Of a DNA stretch of 64,000 bases, positions 1-12,390 are shown in pieces. Position 1 is the stretch's first letter. Each line of letters starts with the position of its first letter. Under the pieces are notes generated by a model. It saw only the letters and a list, made by a program, of their open reading frames with translations, was not told the origin of the DNA and ran no database searches. This stretch comes from Octopus sinensis. Lineage: Eukaryota. The translations under genes and the position numbers were made by a program. The DNA is taken from positions 19,344,001 to 19,408,000 of the forward strand of contig NC_043002.1 of the NCBI RefSeq assembly GCF_006345805.1, in the 5' to 3' direction.

Positions 1-69
1 CATCCAAGTATAGAAAAGATGTAAAAAGAACATAATGATGATGATATTTTAAACTCTAACACATCATGC

Positions 70-830
70 TGTGTTGGTGGCTTTCAGAAATGGAAAGAAA
101 ATAGATGCCCTTCAGAAGTGGATCTTTTGGGTAGAATAAGCTGGACAGACAGCATAACAAATGCTACAGTACTAGAAAAACTGGAAGTCTAAAAATATTT
201 ATTAACAAGATATGTGCTGCATTGATTGCTATACTCAAGAAGACCCACCAAACACAACAGAATTGAGATCCTAAAATCACGGTGAGATATAAAAAGCATC
301 GGTGCTGGTGCCATGTAAATAACACTGGTGATGGTGCCACATGAAAAGCATCCGGTACATTCTGTAAAGTGGTTGGCATTAGGAAGAGCATCAAGCTGCA
401 GAAACCATGCCAAAGCAGACAGTGGAATCTGGTGTAGCCCTCTGGCTTGCCTAGCTCTTGTCAACCCATGCCAAACTATCCAACCCATGCCAGCATGGAA
501 GATGGACATTAAATGATGATGACTATGAAACCTGGTGCAGTCCCTGGCATTTCAAGCCCTGTCAAACCCATCCAACCCATGCCAGCATGGTAAATAGAGG
601 TTAAATGATGATGATGATAATGAAGAACACAAAGCTATCATATTTTAAACATAATGCACCAGTGAGAGGACATGTGGAAGAAAAGAGAGTGAGAGGCCAT
701 CAAAGACATCTGTGGACTAATAACATCAAAGAATAGATTGGAAATAGGAGCCTTGCCAATTGTATGCATACAGCATAACGCAGAGGAAACAGAAGTGTGT
801 TGACAAGTGTAGAATTTATATGTCAATTGT
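70..830 (+). mobile_element. Decayed RTE-clade LINE RT C-terminal fragment, interrupted by SINE tails
   Basis: LLGRISWTDSITNATVLEKLEV (121-190) and GHVEEKRVRGHQRHLWTNNIKE (667-732), with stops. Confidence 0.7.
300..622 (+). mobile_element. Two adjacent SINE/RTE 3' tail fragments
   Basis: ccaacccatgccagcatgg...ttaaatgatgatg tail, the same type as the RTE 3' end at 21030-21093. Confidence 0.8.
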
Positions 831-1232
831 TAGTTTGTAGTACTGATTTCCTACCATCTAATTTAAATATTTCAGAAGCATTGAGATGATAACAAGGGCT
901 GGGAATTAGCTGTGGATTCATGGGAGTTTCAAAACAGACCACTTGATTCAAGTGGTTTTAGCATGATTGCACTCTGTTGAGTAAGTAATATTCAGAGAAA
1001 CAAAGGCCATTGTACTAGTGGTGGTGGTGGTGGTGGTGGTGATAGTTGTTGTTTAGCCACAGGCCAGCCCTGATCCACCAGATCAATGATCAAAGATATT
1101 CCAGCCACAAGCATCCAGTCTCTTATTCTCAAACATACTATTTCTAGACAACAGTCTCTAATTTGTCCTTTCTTTTTATGGTGTGGGGTGTAATTTGGTC
1201 ACTATTTCTAGTAGTTCAGTGACCAAAGAGAG

Positions 1233-1562
1233 CAGGGGTTCTCAACCATTTTTTATCCATGGACCCCTTTGATTACTATTTTATTCTGGTGGACCCCCAT
1301 AGCCATTCGATGTTTAAAAACTAGTTTTATAGAAACTTCTTTCAAAATTCCTATTTTGTTTTTCACACATCAACTTGAGTAGGTTGAACTACGTAAAATG
1401 TTTGAGAAAGAAACCCAGCTATTTCTTGCAATACATATCAACACATACAACCAAAGGAAGATATTTTCAGGGTCCTTTAAAATACTATTGTAGATCCCCA
1501 ATTTACTATTTTGTTGCATGGACTCCCAAAAGTTTTATATGGACCCTGGTTGAGAGCCACTG
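1233..1562. mobile_element. hAT (Charlie-like) MITE, copy 1
   Basis: TIRs caggggttctcaacc / ggttgagagccactg. Internal sequence matches 59749-60073. TSD not preserved. Confidence 0.85.
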
Positions 1563-1757
1563 ATGTGAGGATGTCTCACTGGTTGTAGCATTTGTATTAG
1601 AGGGAAACAAGCAAGAGAAAAAGAGAGAAGTCAGATCAGTATTGGTTAGTGGCTGTCTATTTGGTTTACAAAATGTAGATAGCACACCTATGGAGCTTAT
1701 ATACAGTTAAGTGGATGAGAGATAACTCACACACAGGTACAAGCTCATTTCTAGTAA

Positions 1758-2250
1758 CATCATCATCATCATTGTTTAACGTTCACTTTCCATGGTTGGA
1801 CGATTTGGCTGAGGGCTGGTGAACCAGATGGCTGCACCAGGCACCAATCTTGATCTGGCAGAGTTTCTACAGCTGGATGCCCTTCCTAATGCCAACCACT
1901 AACATTCTCTAATTATTTGGGATGAACAGAGACGAAGTATAATTTAGCTGCTGACCAGACACATAACAAAACACCAGCAAACTAATGAAGGAACCTGCAT
2001 GTGGTCAATTAACTTATAAGAAATAACAGCTAAATCTTCTTCAAATCATTCTTACTGTCTTTAAAAAAGGCAGACATATCATCATTTAATGTCCATTTTC
2101 CATGCTGGTATGCGATGGACGGTTTGACAAGAGCCAGGCAAGCTGGAGAGCTACACCAGATTCCATTGTCTGCTCTGGCATGATTTCTATAGCTGGATGT
2201 CCTTCCTCTCATCAACCATTTTACAGAGGGCACTGGGTGCTTTTTATGTG
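1758..2250 (-). mobile_element. Two SINE/RTE 3' tail fragments (1758-1900, 2078-2250)
   Basis: (cat)n + ttccatg..ggttggacg + ctacagctggatgcccttcc motif. Confidence 0.75.
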
Positions 2251-2919
2251 GCACCAACACCAGCAGGGTCATCAGTCAAGTAACTTGCAAGTTGAAGACC
2301 TCAGAGCTGGGAAAGGGAATGGAACTGAAGGCGGGGGTGATTTTGTGCCAGTTGAGAGTTAAAGTATAATAGGCAGATAGTAGATGTCTTACTGTAGAGG
2401 AGACACTTGGGTATCCCAGTAGGAAAAGAAAGAAGAAAGAGAGATACAGCTAAACGGACAGAATGAGAGAGAGAAAGGGAGAAATAGATAAACAGCGAGA
2501 GGGAGTGTAAGTGGTACAGAGGGAATACAGGAGAATGTTCCATAAGACTATGAGGTGAGATGTTTAGAGAGGCAGAAGAGGTGACGCTAGCAAGTGGTAG
2601 CAAGGGAAATTGGAGTGGTTGGGAGTGGAGTATGGTAGATATGTGAGAGCATGAATAGTGTGTGGGTGGGCATGTGAAGGCTAGTGGAGGGACCTACAAC
2701 AGGTGGTGATCATGGGTGGGGGAATGGGGAGTGGGTAAGAAGATGGTTTTGACAGAGGACAGATTATGTGTGTGTGTGTGGGGGGGACCTGGCCTTCAAT
2801 AAGACAAGCTGGTCATGACTGGGTTGTCTTTAATCAACGCTGATACTGGGATAAATGCAACAACCACACTACTACAGACTATTTGAAATAAAGACCATTT
2901 AGGTGAGGTGTCCAACAAT

Positions 2920-3254
2920 CAATATCTCCCTCAGTCAAAAAACTCGGGGGAGACCCCCTTCGGCCACGACACTGACCATGGGATTGCACCTAGAAAGTTA
3001 CCCTCCTAGTCACAAGTCTGGGCAAGGTGGTTTATGGAAGACCAGCAGTTGCCCATGCATACCGGCCTCTCCTCTCCATGCCACCATTGTTATCCAAGGG
3101 AAAGGTAAGGGCCAATACAGCTTGGCACCTGTGACATCGCAACTCAGTGAAATAAAGGGTCTTGCTCAAGAACACAACATGCAGCCCGGACCGGGATTCG
3201 AGCTCACAACCTCACGATCGTAAGCTTGACGCTCTAACCACTGAGCCATGCACC
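2920..3254 (-). mobile_element. tRNA-derived SINE
   Basis: Reverse strand begins ggtgcatggctcagtggttagagcg (A box) and has gagctcgaatccc (B box). Confidence 0.8.
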
Positions 3255-3435
3255 TTCACTATGCAGCAACAAAGAAGAGAGTCACCACAAGAAACAGCCA
3301 CTTAAGGAGCTAAGCAAACCCAAACCAGAAATGATTCTGATTTTGGAATCTTACACATATGAGGTGCATTCCAGTAGTTTTGAGACATTTTTGGAGAGGC
3401 AATTATAACTGTCCCAGGTTATTGCAATTTTACTA

Positions 3436-6400
3436 TCATCATCATCGTTTAGCGTCCGTTTTCCATGCTAGCATGGGTTGGACGGTTCTACTGGGGTCTG
3501 TGAAGCCAGAAGGCTTCATCAGACCCAGTCAAATCTGGCAGTGTTTCTACGGCTGGATGCCCTTCCTAACGCCAACCACTCCGTGAGTGTAGTGGGTGCT
3601 TTTTACGTGCCACCCGCACAGGTGCCAGACAGAGCTGGCAAACAGCCATGAATGGATGGTGCTTTTTATGTGCCACCGGCACGGGGGCCAGGCGAGGCTG
3701 GCAACGGACACGAATGGATGGTGCTTTTTACGTGCCACCGGCACGAGGCCAGTTGGGGCGGCGCTGGCAACGGTCGCGAAACGGAAGGTTCTCTTACATG
3801 CCACCGGCACTGGTAACACATCTGCAATTTCCATTGATCAATTTCGATTCTGATCCTCACTTGCCTCAACAGGTCTTCACAAGTAGAGTTTTGTGTCCCA
3901 AGAAGGGAAGGTATGCATACGTAGGCTGGCTCCATCCCATGTAGAAGGCCACGGGTTATGCACTCACTTGTCCTGCCGGGTCTTCTCGCGCACAGCACAC
4001 TTCCAGAGGTCTCAGTCTCTAGTCATTTCCTCAGTGAGACCTAAAGTTCGAAGGTCGTGCTTCACCATCTATCGGAGCATACTGGCTTCATTTCTTGCGA
4101 TCTTACGCATATCCTCAGCAGTCACGGCCCATGTTTCACTGCCATGTAGCATGCTGTTCGTACACACACATCATACAGTCTGCCTTTCACTCTGTGCGAG
4201 AGGCCTTTTGTCACCAGCAGAGGAGCTCTCTGAACTTTGCCCAAGCTATTCTTACTCTAGCAGTTACACTTTCAGCACACCCGCCCCCGCTGCTGACTTG
4301 GTCACCTAGGTAACGGAAACTATCAACTATTTCTAGTTTTTCTCCCTGGAAAGTGACGGAAGTTGGTCTCAGAGCATTTTCAGTGTTTATTGTTCCTGAG
4401 CATCTGCCACATACAAAAACCATCTTCCTAGTTAGCCTTCCTTTGACATTGCTGCACCTCTTATGTGTCCATAGCTTACACTTGGTGCATCTTATAGAGT
4501 TTCTACCTACACCTTTTCTACAGATTGAGCAGGGCCATCTACCTGAAGGCATTTGTGATTTGTCTACCTTCCTACTGATTACGACTTTGGTTTTAGCTAG
4601 ATTGACTCTGAGGCCCTTCGATTCTAATCCTTGTTTCCACACCTGAAACTTCTCCTCCAGTTCTGATAGCGACTCAGCAATTAGAGCAAGGTCATCAGCA
4701 TAGAGGAGCTCCCAAGGGCATCCTGTCTTGAATTCCTCCGTTATTGCCTGGGGGACTATGATAAATAGGAGGGGGCTGAGGACTGAGCCTTGGTGGACTC
4801 CTACCTCTACCCGGAATTCTTCACTGTACTTATTGCCAACCCTCACCTTACTAGCAGCGTCCCTATACATGGCCCGCACAGCTCTCACTGACCATTCATC
4901 TATCCCTAGTTTCCTCATTGACCACCAGATAAGGGATCGGGGGACCCTGTCGAAGGCTTTCTCCATGTCAACAAAAGCCAGGTACAGGGGCTTATCTTTG
5001 GCTAGGTATTTCTCCTGCAGCTGCCTTACCAGGAATATAGCATCAGTGGTACTTTTCCCTGGCACAAACCCAAACTGCATCTCATCTAAACTAACTCTCT
5101 CTCTAATTAGTTGGGCTATGACCCTCTCCGTAACCTTCATCACCTGATCCAACAGCTTGATACCTCTGTAGTTATTTGTATCTAGGGCGTCACCATTACC
5201 TTTGTAGCAGTTGACTATTATGCTGCTACACCAGTCATTGGGTATGACTCCTTTGTGTATCACCTGATTAACTATACGGGTGACTAGGCTATAGCCGACA
5301 CTACCAGACATTTTGAGCATCTCTGCAGTGATTCCTGATGGGCCTGGGGCTTTCCCTGTCTTCATGCTTCTTATTGCCTTAGCTACCACGGAACTATCAA
5401 CTCGGATAGCTGGTCCCTCTGTTGGGTCAACATTCGGCAGACTCTCTTTATCCCATTTATTTTCTTTATTCAGCAACCTTTCATAGTGGCGTCTCCAAAC
5501 CTCTCTCTTTGCATTCTCATTTAGCGCAAGTGAACCATCTTCCATGCGAACACACTTCTCTCCTACCACATCACGATTCTCTCTCACACACTGTCTTGCA
5601 ACGCGAAACACCTCCAGTCTTTGGTCCTCACGGCGCAGAACATTGGCAAATTTTTTCTTATCTGCTTCCCCTCTGGCTAAATAAACCTGTCTCCTAGCTT
5701 CTCTTTTGGCAGTCTGATACAATTCCCTGCTACCCCCATTTTTCCAGACCTTCCAAGCCTGTCTCTTTTCTCTAATAGCCCTGTCTACAATATTGTTCCA
5801 CCACCACGTTATTCTAGGTCGAGAGGGGACTTTGCACCAGCCACAGATCTGGTCAGTGGCTCTCAGCAGGTTGTCCCTTAGAAACGTCCAGTTGTCTTCT
5901 ACCCCCTGTGATGCTCTATCCCCTTCTACTTCGTCAAAGGCTTCAAGTAATATGTCCCTAAATCTCTGTCCATTTGCAGGATCTTTAAGCTTCCAGATCC
6001 TTCTTCTCCATATTGGTCATCTTCTGGTTGTCCTCCTAGTCCTGATCCTAAAGTCATTAACTACCAGTCTATGTTGTGGGGTACATTCTTCGCCTGGGAA
6101 GGTTTTGGCATTTATAAGCAGCCATCTCTCCCTTTGCCTTGCAAGGATGTAGTCAATTTGGCTGGTATGTTGGCCCGATCGGTAAGTGACTAGGTGGCTG
6201 GTAGGTTTCCTGAAGTTAGTGTTGCAATCATAAGATTATTTGCATCGCAGAACTCCAGCAGCCTGGTTCCCTCCTCATTGTGGGAGCCATAGCCATAGCC
6301 TCCATGTACGCCATGGAAGCCCCCAGCATGTCGTCCAACGTGACCATTGAAGTCACCAGCCACAAAGAGAAGGTCTCTGTTGTTCGTCAATGAGGTAGTC

Positions 6401-6960
6401 TGCAGTAGAGTGTCATAGAATCGGTCTTTCTGTCCATCAGGTAGCCCCGACTGAGGAGCATAGGCTGATATAATGGTTGCTAAACTATGATGAAGCACTA
6501 ATCTAATCTTAAGTATTCTGTCACATACTCTGATTACCTCAATTACTTTATCTACCCATTTCTCAGCGATAAGTATACCCACGCCACCAACCCCGTCAGT
6601 GTTCCCTGCCCAGAAAATCTTGTACCTGCGTTCCTTTCCTGTGAGGAACCTAGCTGATCCTCCTCTCCACCTTATTTCTTGCATGCAACATATATCCACA
6701 CATCTCCGTTCAAGCATCTCGACTATCTCACCAGACATACCTTTCAGTGTGCCAACGTTGAGGGTGCCAACCCTGAGGGTGTGGGAGGCATGGGCTCTAG
6801 AGACCCTGGGACGGTGGACAGTAGCTTCGTGTACCTGAAAAGGAAGCTCGCATTTGGCAGAATTCATGTGCAAGTAATGAAGTAGTAAAGTAGCCTTCAG
6901 TACAACCTGCATAACACTAGCCTTTCATATTTTGCACTGTATGAACATTACCTTACCAAG
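3436..6960 (-). mobile_element. RTE-clade LINE copy 1 (APE endonuclease + RT + PHD insert), disabled
   Basis: EN motifs TLNVGTLKG, QEIRW, GDFNGH, IDYIL. RT motifs QFGF, DMEKAFD, GVHQGSVLSP, YADD, YLG. (ATG)n tail. Lesions relative to copy 2: frameshift ~6225, CGA>TGA stop ~6025, 4-bp deletion ~4213, ~220-bp deletion ~4070. Confidence 0.97.
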
Positions 6961-7086
6961 GTCGAGACTAGGGGTAGGGAGGGGTAGGGATGGTGAAAGA
7001 GCATTTGCAGTCTTCATGGGAAGCAACCCCGGGATGGCAAAGAATAGGAACTTTCGGCATGTGTGGATGGGGTGGGAGGGCGGGTG

Positions 7087-8412
7087 CACCGTAACTTAGT
7101 AAGAGGTTCTGTTAATCGTGTGAGCTAGCAAATAGGTTTGAAAATCAAAGAGGTTCTGTTAATCGTGTGAGCTAGAAAATAGGTTTGAAAAATCAGAGTG
7201 GATATGAACCGGGAGACAAGACTAAATGAAAAAAATGTTTGAGCTAGACAGGGTAATGAGGGAATACTGAAAGAATGAGGAACAATACAATGAGATGGTA
7301 ATCGAAGAATAGTGAAAGAATAATGATGATAAGTGCAAGGATAGAAGGTAGTTGTAGCGAGGCTGAACGAGTCACTTAGCTTTAGCCATTCATGATCTGT
7401 GCGTATTTCTTCTTTAGATATTTGGAAGCGAGTGGGGTTAACGATAATGCGATCGCTCTTTATATATGGCGATGATGGTTATGGAAAGGGAGGGGACATA
7501 GAGAAACATAGGGAGAGAGATATGGCGATGATGGTTATGGAAAGTGGGGGGACATAGAGAAACATAGGGAGAGAGATAGGGTTAGTTAGAGAGGGGTGGA
7601 GAGAGGAGGTCGAGGAACACGTGGGAATAAAGCGGTGTGAGGAAATTTGACTGGGGACGGCATTATCGATATTAAACATTATTTGATAAATAGGTTTGAA
7701 AATCAAAGAGGTTCTGTTAATCGTGTGAGCTAGAAAATAGGTTTGAAAAATCAGAGGGAATAATCATTATTGATAACTAATATAACACCGTAACTTAGTA
7801 AGAGGTTCTGTTAATCGTGTGAGCTAGAAAATAGGTTTGAAAATCAAAGAGGTTCTGTTAATCATGTGAGCTAGCAAGTAGGTTTGAAAAATCAGAGGGA
7901 ATAATCATTATTGATAACTAATATAACACCGTAACTTAGTAAGAGGTTCTGTTAATCGTGTGAGCTAGAAAATAGGTTTGAAAATCAAAGAGGTTCTGTT
8001 AATCGTGTGAGCTAGCAAGTAGGTTTGAAAAATCAGAGGGAATAATCATTATTGATAACTAATATAACACCGTAACTTAGTAAGAGGTTCTGTTAATCGT
8101 GTGAGCTAGAAAATAGGTTTGAAAATCAAAGAGGTTCTGTTAATCGTGTGAGCTAGAAAATAGGTTTGAAAAATCAGAGTGGATATGAACCGGGAGACAA
8201 GACTAAACGAAAAAAATGTCTGAGCTAGACAGGGTAATGAGGGAATACTGAAAGAATGAGGAACAATACAATGAGATGGTAATCGAAGAATAGTGAAAGA
8301 ATAATGATGATAAGTGCAAGGATAGAAGGTAGTTGTAGCGAGGCTGAACGAGTCACTTAGCTTTAGCCATTCATGATCTGTGCGTATTTCTTCTTTAGAT
8401 ATTTGGAAGCGA
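7087..8412. repeat. Hierarchical repeat block: 345-bp direct repeats (7087-7431, 8068-8412) with 47-bp and 141-bp subunits
   Basis: The 47-bp unit agaggttctgttaatcgtgtgagctagaaaataggtttgaaaatcaa recurs about 9 times. caccgtaacttagt occurs at 7087, 7786, 7927 and 8068. Confidence 0.93.
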
Positions 8413-8461
8413 TCATTACTATATATCTAATAAGCTACTCTGCAGACTTTTTTTTGTTCCA

Positions 8462-8523
8462 GATCCGTCCAACCCATGCTAGCATGGAAAACGGACGCTA
8501 AACGATGATGATGATGATGATGA
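8462..8523 (+). mobile_element. Very short RTE 3' tail insertion
   Basis: ccgtccaacccatgctagcatggaaaacggacgctaaacgatgatg, an exact reverse complement of 3436-3485. Confidence 0.85.
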
Positions 8524-8599
8524 TTGAAGGAGACAGTTGTAACAACACTTTGAACACACTCTACTAAACACTGCTTGTTACAGTTAACTAATTTGCAGA

Positions 8600-9113
8600 A
8601 TGCAGTTGGGACACTTTAGAAGCTCACTATGAAATAAAGCTTTCTCTTAAATTCGGTAAAAAAAAACACTACAGAAACATATGGAATGCTCCCAACTGCT
8701 TTCACAAGCGGTTCAAGGATGGTAGAAAGGAGGTGAAAGACAATTTCTGACGAAGGCCATTGTGTGTCTATAAAGATAAAGTTTAGAATGATGGGTATCC
8801 TGGTAACCAGCTGCTTGATAGAGATGGGCATCAAACCTGTCTCTCACCCTCCTTACAGCCCAGACTTTACTCCCTGTGACTCTTGGCTGTTCCCCAAGCT
8901 GAAGGAAAACCTAAGGGGCAGTTGTTTTGAAGATGGAGGAGGCTGTGAGAAGGGTTCTAGAGGACTTTGATGGGTGCCTTGACAAAGTGGCTGGAGTACT
9001 GCAAGTGCATTGAAGCCAGAAGATCTTACTTTGAAGGAGATTAGAGCTTTGTATTTCCTTGAAATTAATAAATGATATGCTTAAAAAGTCCGAAAACATC
9101 TGCAGTATGCCTT
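8600..9113 (+). mobile_element. Internally deleted mariner transposon remnant
   Basis: LKFGKKNTTETYGML, HKRFKDGRKEVKD and HPPYSPDFTPCDSWLFPKLK (YSPDLAPSD-type motif), plus a KCIEA..YFEGD-like C-terminus. Confidence 0.85.
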
Positions 9114-9117
9114 GTAC

Positions 9118-9153
<36 letters not shown>

Positions 9154-9293
9154 CACCACCACCACCACCACTGCTGCAGCTGCTGCTGCCGCCACCACCA
9201 CTACTACTACAACTACTACCACCACCACCACTGCAGCTGCTGCTGCCACCGCCACTACTACCACCACCACAACCACCACTGCTGCTGCTGCCG

Positions 9294-9328
<35 letters not shown>
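9112..9328. repeat. Compound trinucleotide microsatellite (TAC/CAC/GCT)
   Basis: Directly visible. It explains the poly-T/V/Y ORFs in the track. Confidence 0.97.
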
Positions 9329-9330
<2 letters not shown>

Positions 9331-9534
9331 AGAATAATGTAGAAAGAAAAGAGAACTGAAGTAGGAATGAAGATGAAAGGAGAAAACTGGAGAAGAGTTA
9401 AGGAAGAAGAATAACAGTGACTTCCAGAAGTCTGAAGTAGGAATAAAAAGAATATTAGAGAAGATGAGCAAGGGAAAGGAAGACGTTAATAAAAAATACA
9501 TAAATGAAGAGGTAATTAATAAAAGTAACTTTAC

Positions 9535-9689
9535 CTGTAGGGCGGCTACAAATTGTATTGTACTAACCAGTGCAATACATGAGTCAGCAGGCAGATTGTA
9601 CTTGATTGTCTCAACAAAATGCGTATTGTCAATCTTGATGTCCACAAATACGTAGAGCATATGTATATCTTGAGTCACAGTGATGGGCA
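9535..9689 (-). CDS. DPH1: DPH1 coding exon 6 ([52 protein letters not shown])
   Basis: ttctag acceptor and gtaaag donor, 155 bp. LYVFVDI and STIQF motifs. No further exon was found in 1-9534. Confidence 0.97.
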
Positions 9690-9762
9690 CTAGAAAGTAA
9701 GAGAATGAGACATCATTACTGAATAAGCTCTGTTTTGATGAAATGTCTAAATGTCTGAGATG

Positions 9763-9766
<4 letters not shown>

Positions 9767-9795
<29 letters not shown>

Positions 9796-10262
9796 GTTTA
9801 ATGTCTGCTTTCCATGCTAGCATGGGTTGGATGATTTGACTAAGGGCTGACGAACCAGATGGCTGCACCAGGCTCCAATCTGATCTGGCAGAATTTCTAC
9901 AGCTGGATGCCCTTTCTAATGCCAACCGCTCCGAGAGTGTAGTGGGTGCTTTTATGTGCCACCGGCACGAGGGCCAGTCAGGCAGTACTGGCAACGGCCA
10001 CGCTCAAATGGTGTGTTTTAGATGCCACCTGCACAGGAGCCAGTCCAGCAGCATTGACAATGACCTCGCTCAAATGCTTTTTCATGTGCCACCAGCACAA
10101 GTGCCAGTTAGGCGATGCTGGTAACGATCATGCTCAAATGGTGCTTTTTACGTGCCACCAGCACAGAGGCTAACTTGTTGCTCTGGCAACGATCAAGCTT
10201 AGATGGTGCTCTTAGCACTCCACTAGCATGGATGCCAGTCATCAAATTTGATTTCGATTTTG
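9767..10262 (-). mobile_element. RTE-type 3'UTR/SINE fragment with about 5 tandem gtgcca-c-cggcac modules
   Basis: (cat)n tail, shared tail motif, repeated gtgctttttacgtgccacc. Confidence 0.8.
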
Positions 10263-10429
10263 GTTATAAGATAATATTTTAAAGCAAACACTTGTTTGCT
10301 GAGGCTGATGCTGTTCTCTGTCTTCAAATGCAGGAGTTCAGGTGGTAAAGCAGCTTTGGTGTTTTGGCCCCTTCCATTGCAACACCAGAGCTGCCTAGGG
10401 CCACTCACTAGTGTAGATGACAAAACTCC

Positions 10430-10960
10430 CACAGATGTTGCTATCATTCCTCAATGCTTGTTCTTGCTGCACCACACCTCCCTTGAAATAGATTTCTTCA
10501 CTCACTTTCTCAGTGACTTCTGACAATTTTCTGGCAGCATCTTTCCTTTTCTTTATAGCTTGTCCAAGACTCATGAATATCAAGTGGAACCTGATTCCAA
10601 CAAGTCCTTTAACACCTATCTCTACAGGAAGGCATATTTGCCTCCAATCCATTGTTTTCACAGAGTTCAAACAACTCACTGTATTTTCTGTCTTTCTTGA
10701 GGAAAATGTCTTTGTTCACTTCCCAGGGAGCTACCATCTCCACCATTTTCATCACCTTCCTTTCTTTGCACTTATGACAAGATTGGGTCTTTTGTTGGCA
10801 AAAAGCAGGAAATATTTACCATCAAGATCCTGCCCATTTTGGATCATTTTTCTTCCTTTCAGAGGCTGGTTTGCAGCATTCACCTTCCTAACAAAACTTT
10901 TTTTTCTCATGCTCCAATACTTGTAGTCATTTGCTGTTGTCTAAATGTTTGACATGAGTT
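10430..10960 (-). mobile_element. Hero-like non-LTR retrotransposon, restriction-like endonuclease C-terminus (decayed)
   Basis: Frameshifted RPNLVI / VEMVAPWE / KDRKYSEL / CLPVEIGVKGLVG, matching the RPD..E.TVPWE..K..KY..PVEVGCRGF pattern. Confidence 0.72.
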
Positions 10961-10968
10961 GCTATTTG

Positions 10969-11935
10969 TCATCATCATCATCAATATCTTTTAACATCCA
11001 CAGTCCATGCTGGCATGGGTTGGATGGTTTGACTAGGGCTGGTAAGCTGAGAGGCTGCACCAGACTTCAGTCTGGTTTGGCATGGTTTCTACAGCTGGAT
11101 GCCCTTCCTAACGCCAACCACTCCAAGAGTGTAATGGGTGCTTTTATGTACCACCGGTATGGGTGCCAGTTGCATGACACCAGTATCCACCATGACTACA
11201 ATTTCACTTGATTTGATGGGTCTTCTTCTCAAGCATGGCATATTGCCAAAGGTCTTGGTCATTTGTCACTGACTCCGTGAGGCCCAATGCTCAACAGGTG
11301 CTTTTTACTTGCCACCGACACAGGTGCCAGTTATGCAACACTGTCATTAGCTACATTGCCTCTGTGAGGCCCAATGCTCAACAGGTGCTTTTTAAGTGCC
11401 ACCAACACAGGTGCCAGTTATGCAACACTGGCATTGGCTACATTACCTCTGTGAGGCCCAACACTCAACAGGTGCTTTTTTTAAGTGCCACCAGCTCAGC
11501 CACATTGCCTCCATGAGGCCCAGTGATCCATAGGCACATTTTATGTGTCACTGGCACGGGTACCAGTTATGCGACACCAGCATCGGCCATGACTGCGATT
11601 CCACTTAGCTTGATGGGTCTTCTCAAGCATGGCATATCACCAAAGGTCTCAGTCACTAGTCATTGCCTCTGTGAGGCCCAACATTCGAAAATCATGCTTT
11701 GCCACCTCATCCCATGTCTTCCTGGGTCTACCTCTTCCACAGGTTCCCTCCATAGTTAGAGATTGGCACTTCTTTACATGACTGTCCTTGTCCATGTGCA
11801 TCACATGACCATACCAGCACAGTTGCCTCTCTTGCATACAACATCTGATGCCTCTTATGCCCAACTTTCCTCTCAAGGTGCTTACACTCTGTTGTACATG
11901 CACACTGACATTGTACTTTTTTAATGCCTGCAATA
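10969..11935 (-). mobile_element. RTE LINE 3' fragment (RT C-terminus + 3'UTR with 88-bp tandem modules)
   Basis: ORF 11649-11933 QERQLCWYGHV..GRGRPRKTWDEV. Modules at 11276, 11364 and 11451. Confidence 0.88.
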
Positions 11936-12139
11936 ATCACTATAACTAAGCTGAAAAGTATTCCAGCCATTTTTTTTGTTGTTGTTGGAGGAAGGCATTG
12001 TTTGTCTAGGACTATTTTTATCCAAAGTATTTTCTCTGATATAAGATGGCAGAATATGTTTTAAAGGAGTAGAGTATGTTTTTTAGCTGCTGTTTCTAGT
12101 ACATCAAGCAGTTATTTAAAAGTTCCTATATTGACTCAT

Positions 12140-12390
12140 ATATCATCTGATGCAAAAGAGTTAAGGACTACAATAGTGTGGACATGTGATGTGTGTTAGA
12201 AATGATGGTTGAGAACAGGAATGTGAGGCAATTCAAGTGGAAGGAACCTATAGAGGAGGTTTGAAGAGGATATGGACAGAAGTGGTCAGGGATGACCTCA
12301 GGACATTGAACTTTACAAGGACTGCAGCCAGAGAGATGCTAACCTATCCAAGTCATACCATCATGGGAAAACAGATGTAATGATAATGAT
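12140..12390 (+). mobile_element. Highly decayed RTE RT C-terminal fragment
   Basis: gtggacatgtgatg, gtggaaggaacc and gtggtcagggatgacctcaggac resemble the RT end of copy 2. Confidence 0.55.

Noticed and set aside
3180-3254. tRNA gene calls for SINE heads (also 24519-24960, 25980-26058)
   Set aside because: A and B boxes are present but there is no complete cloverleaf, and each continues into a SINE body.
6960-7090. HDV-like ribozyme at the RTE 5' end
   Set aside because: Could not build the nested double pseudoknot by eye on the sense strand. It needs a descriptor search.
8911-9534. 259-aa ORF and other low-complexity ORFs (poly-V/T/Y/I, YLSI, HTHT types across the window)
   Set aside because: They are translations of microsatellites. 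Only 9535-9689 of this ORF is a real exon.
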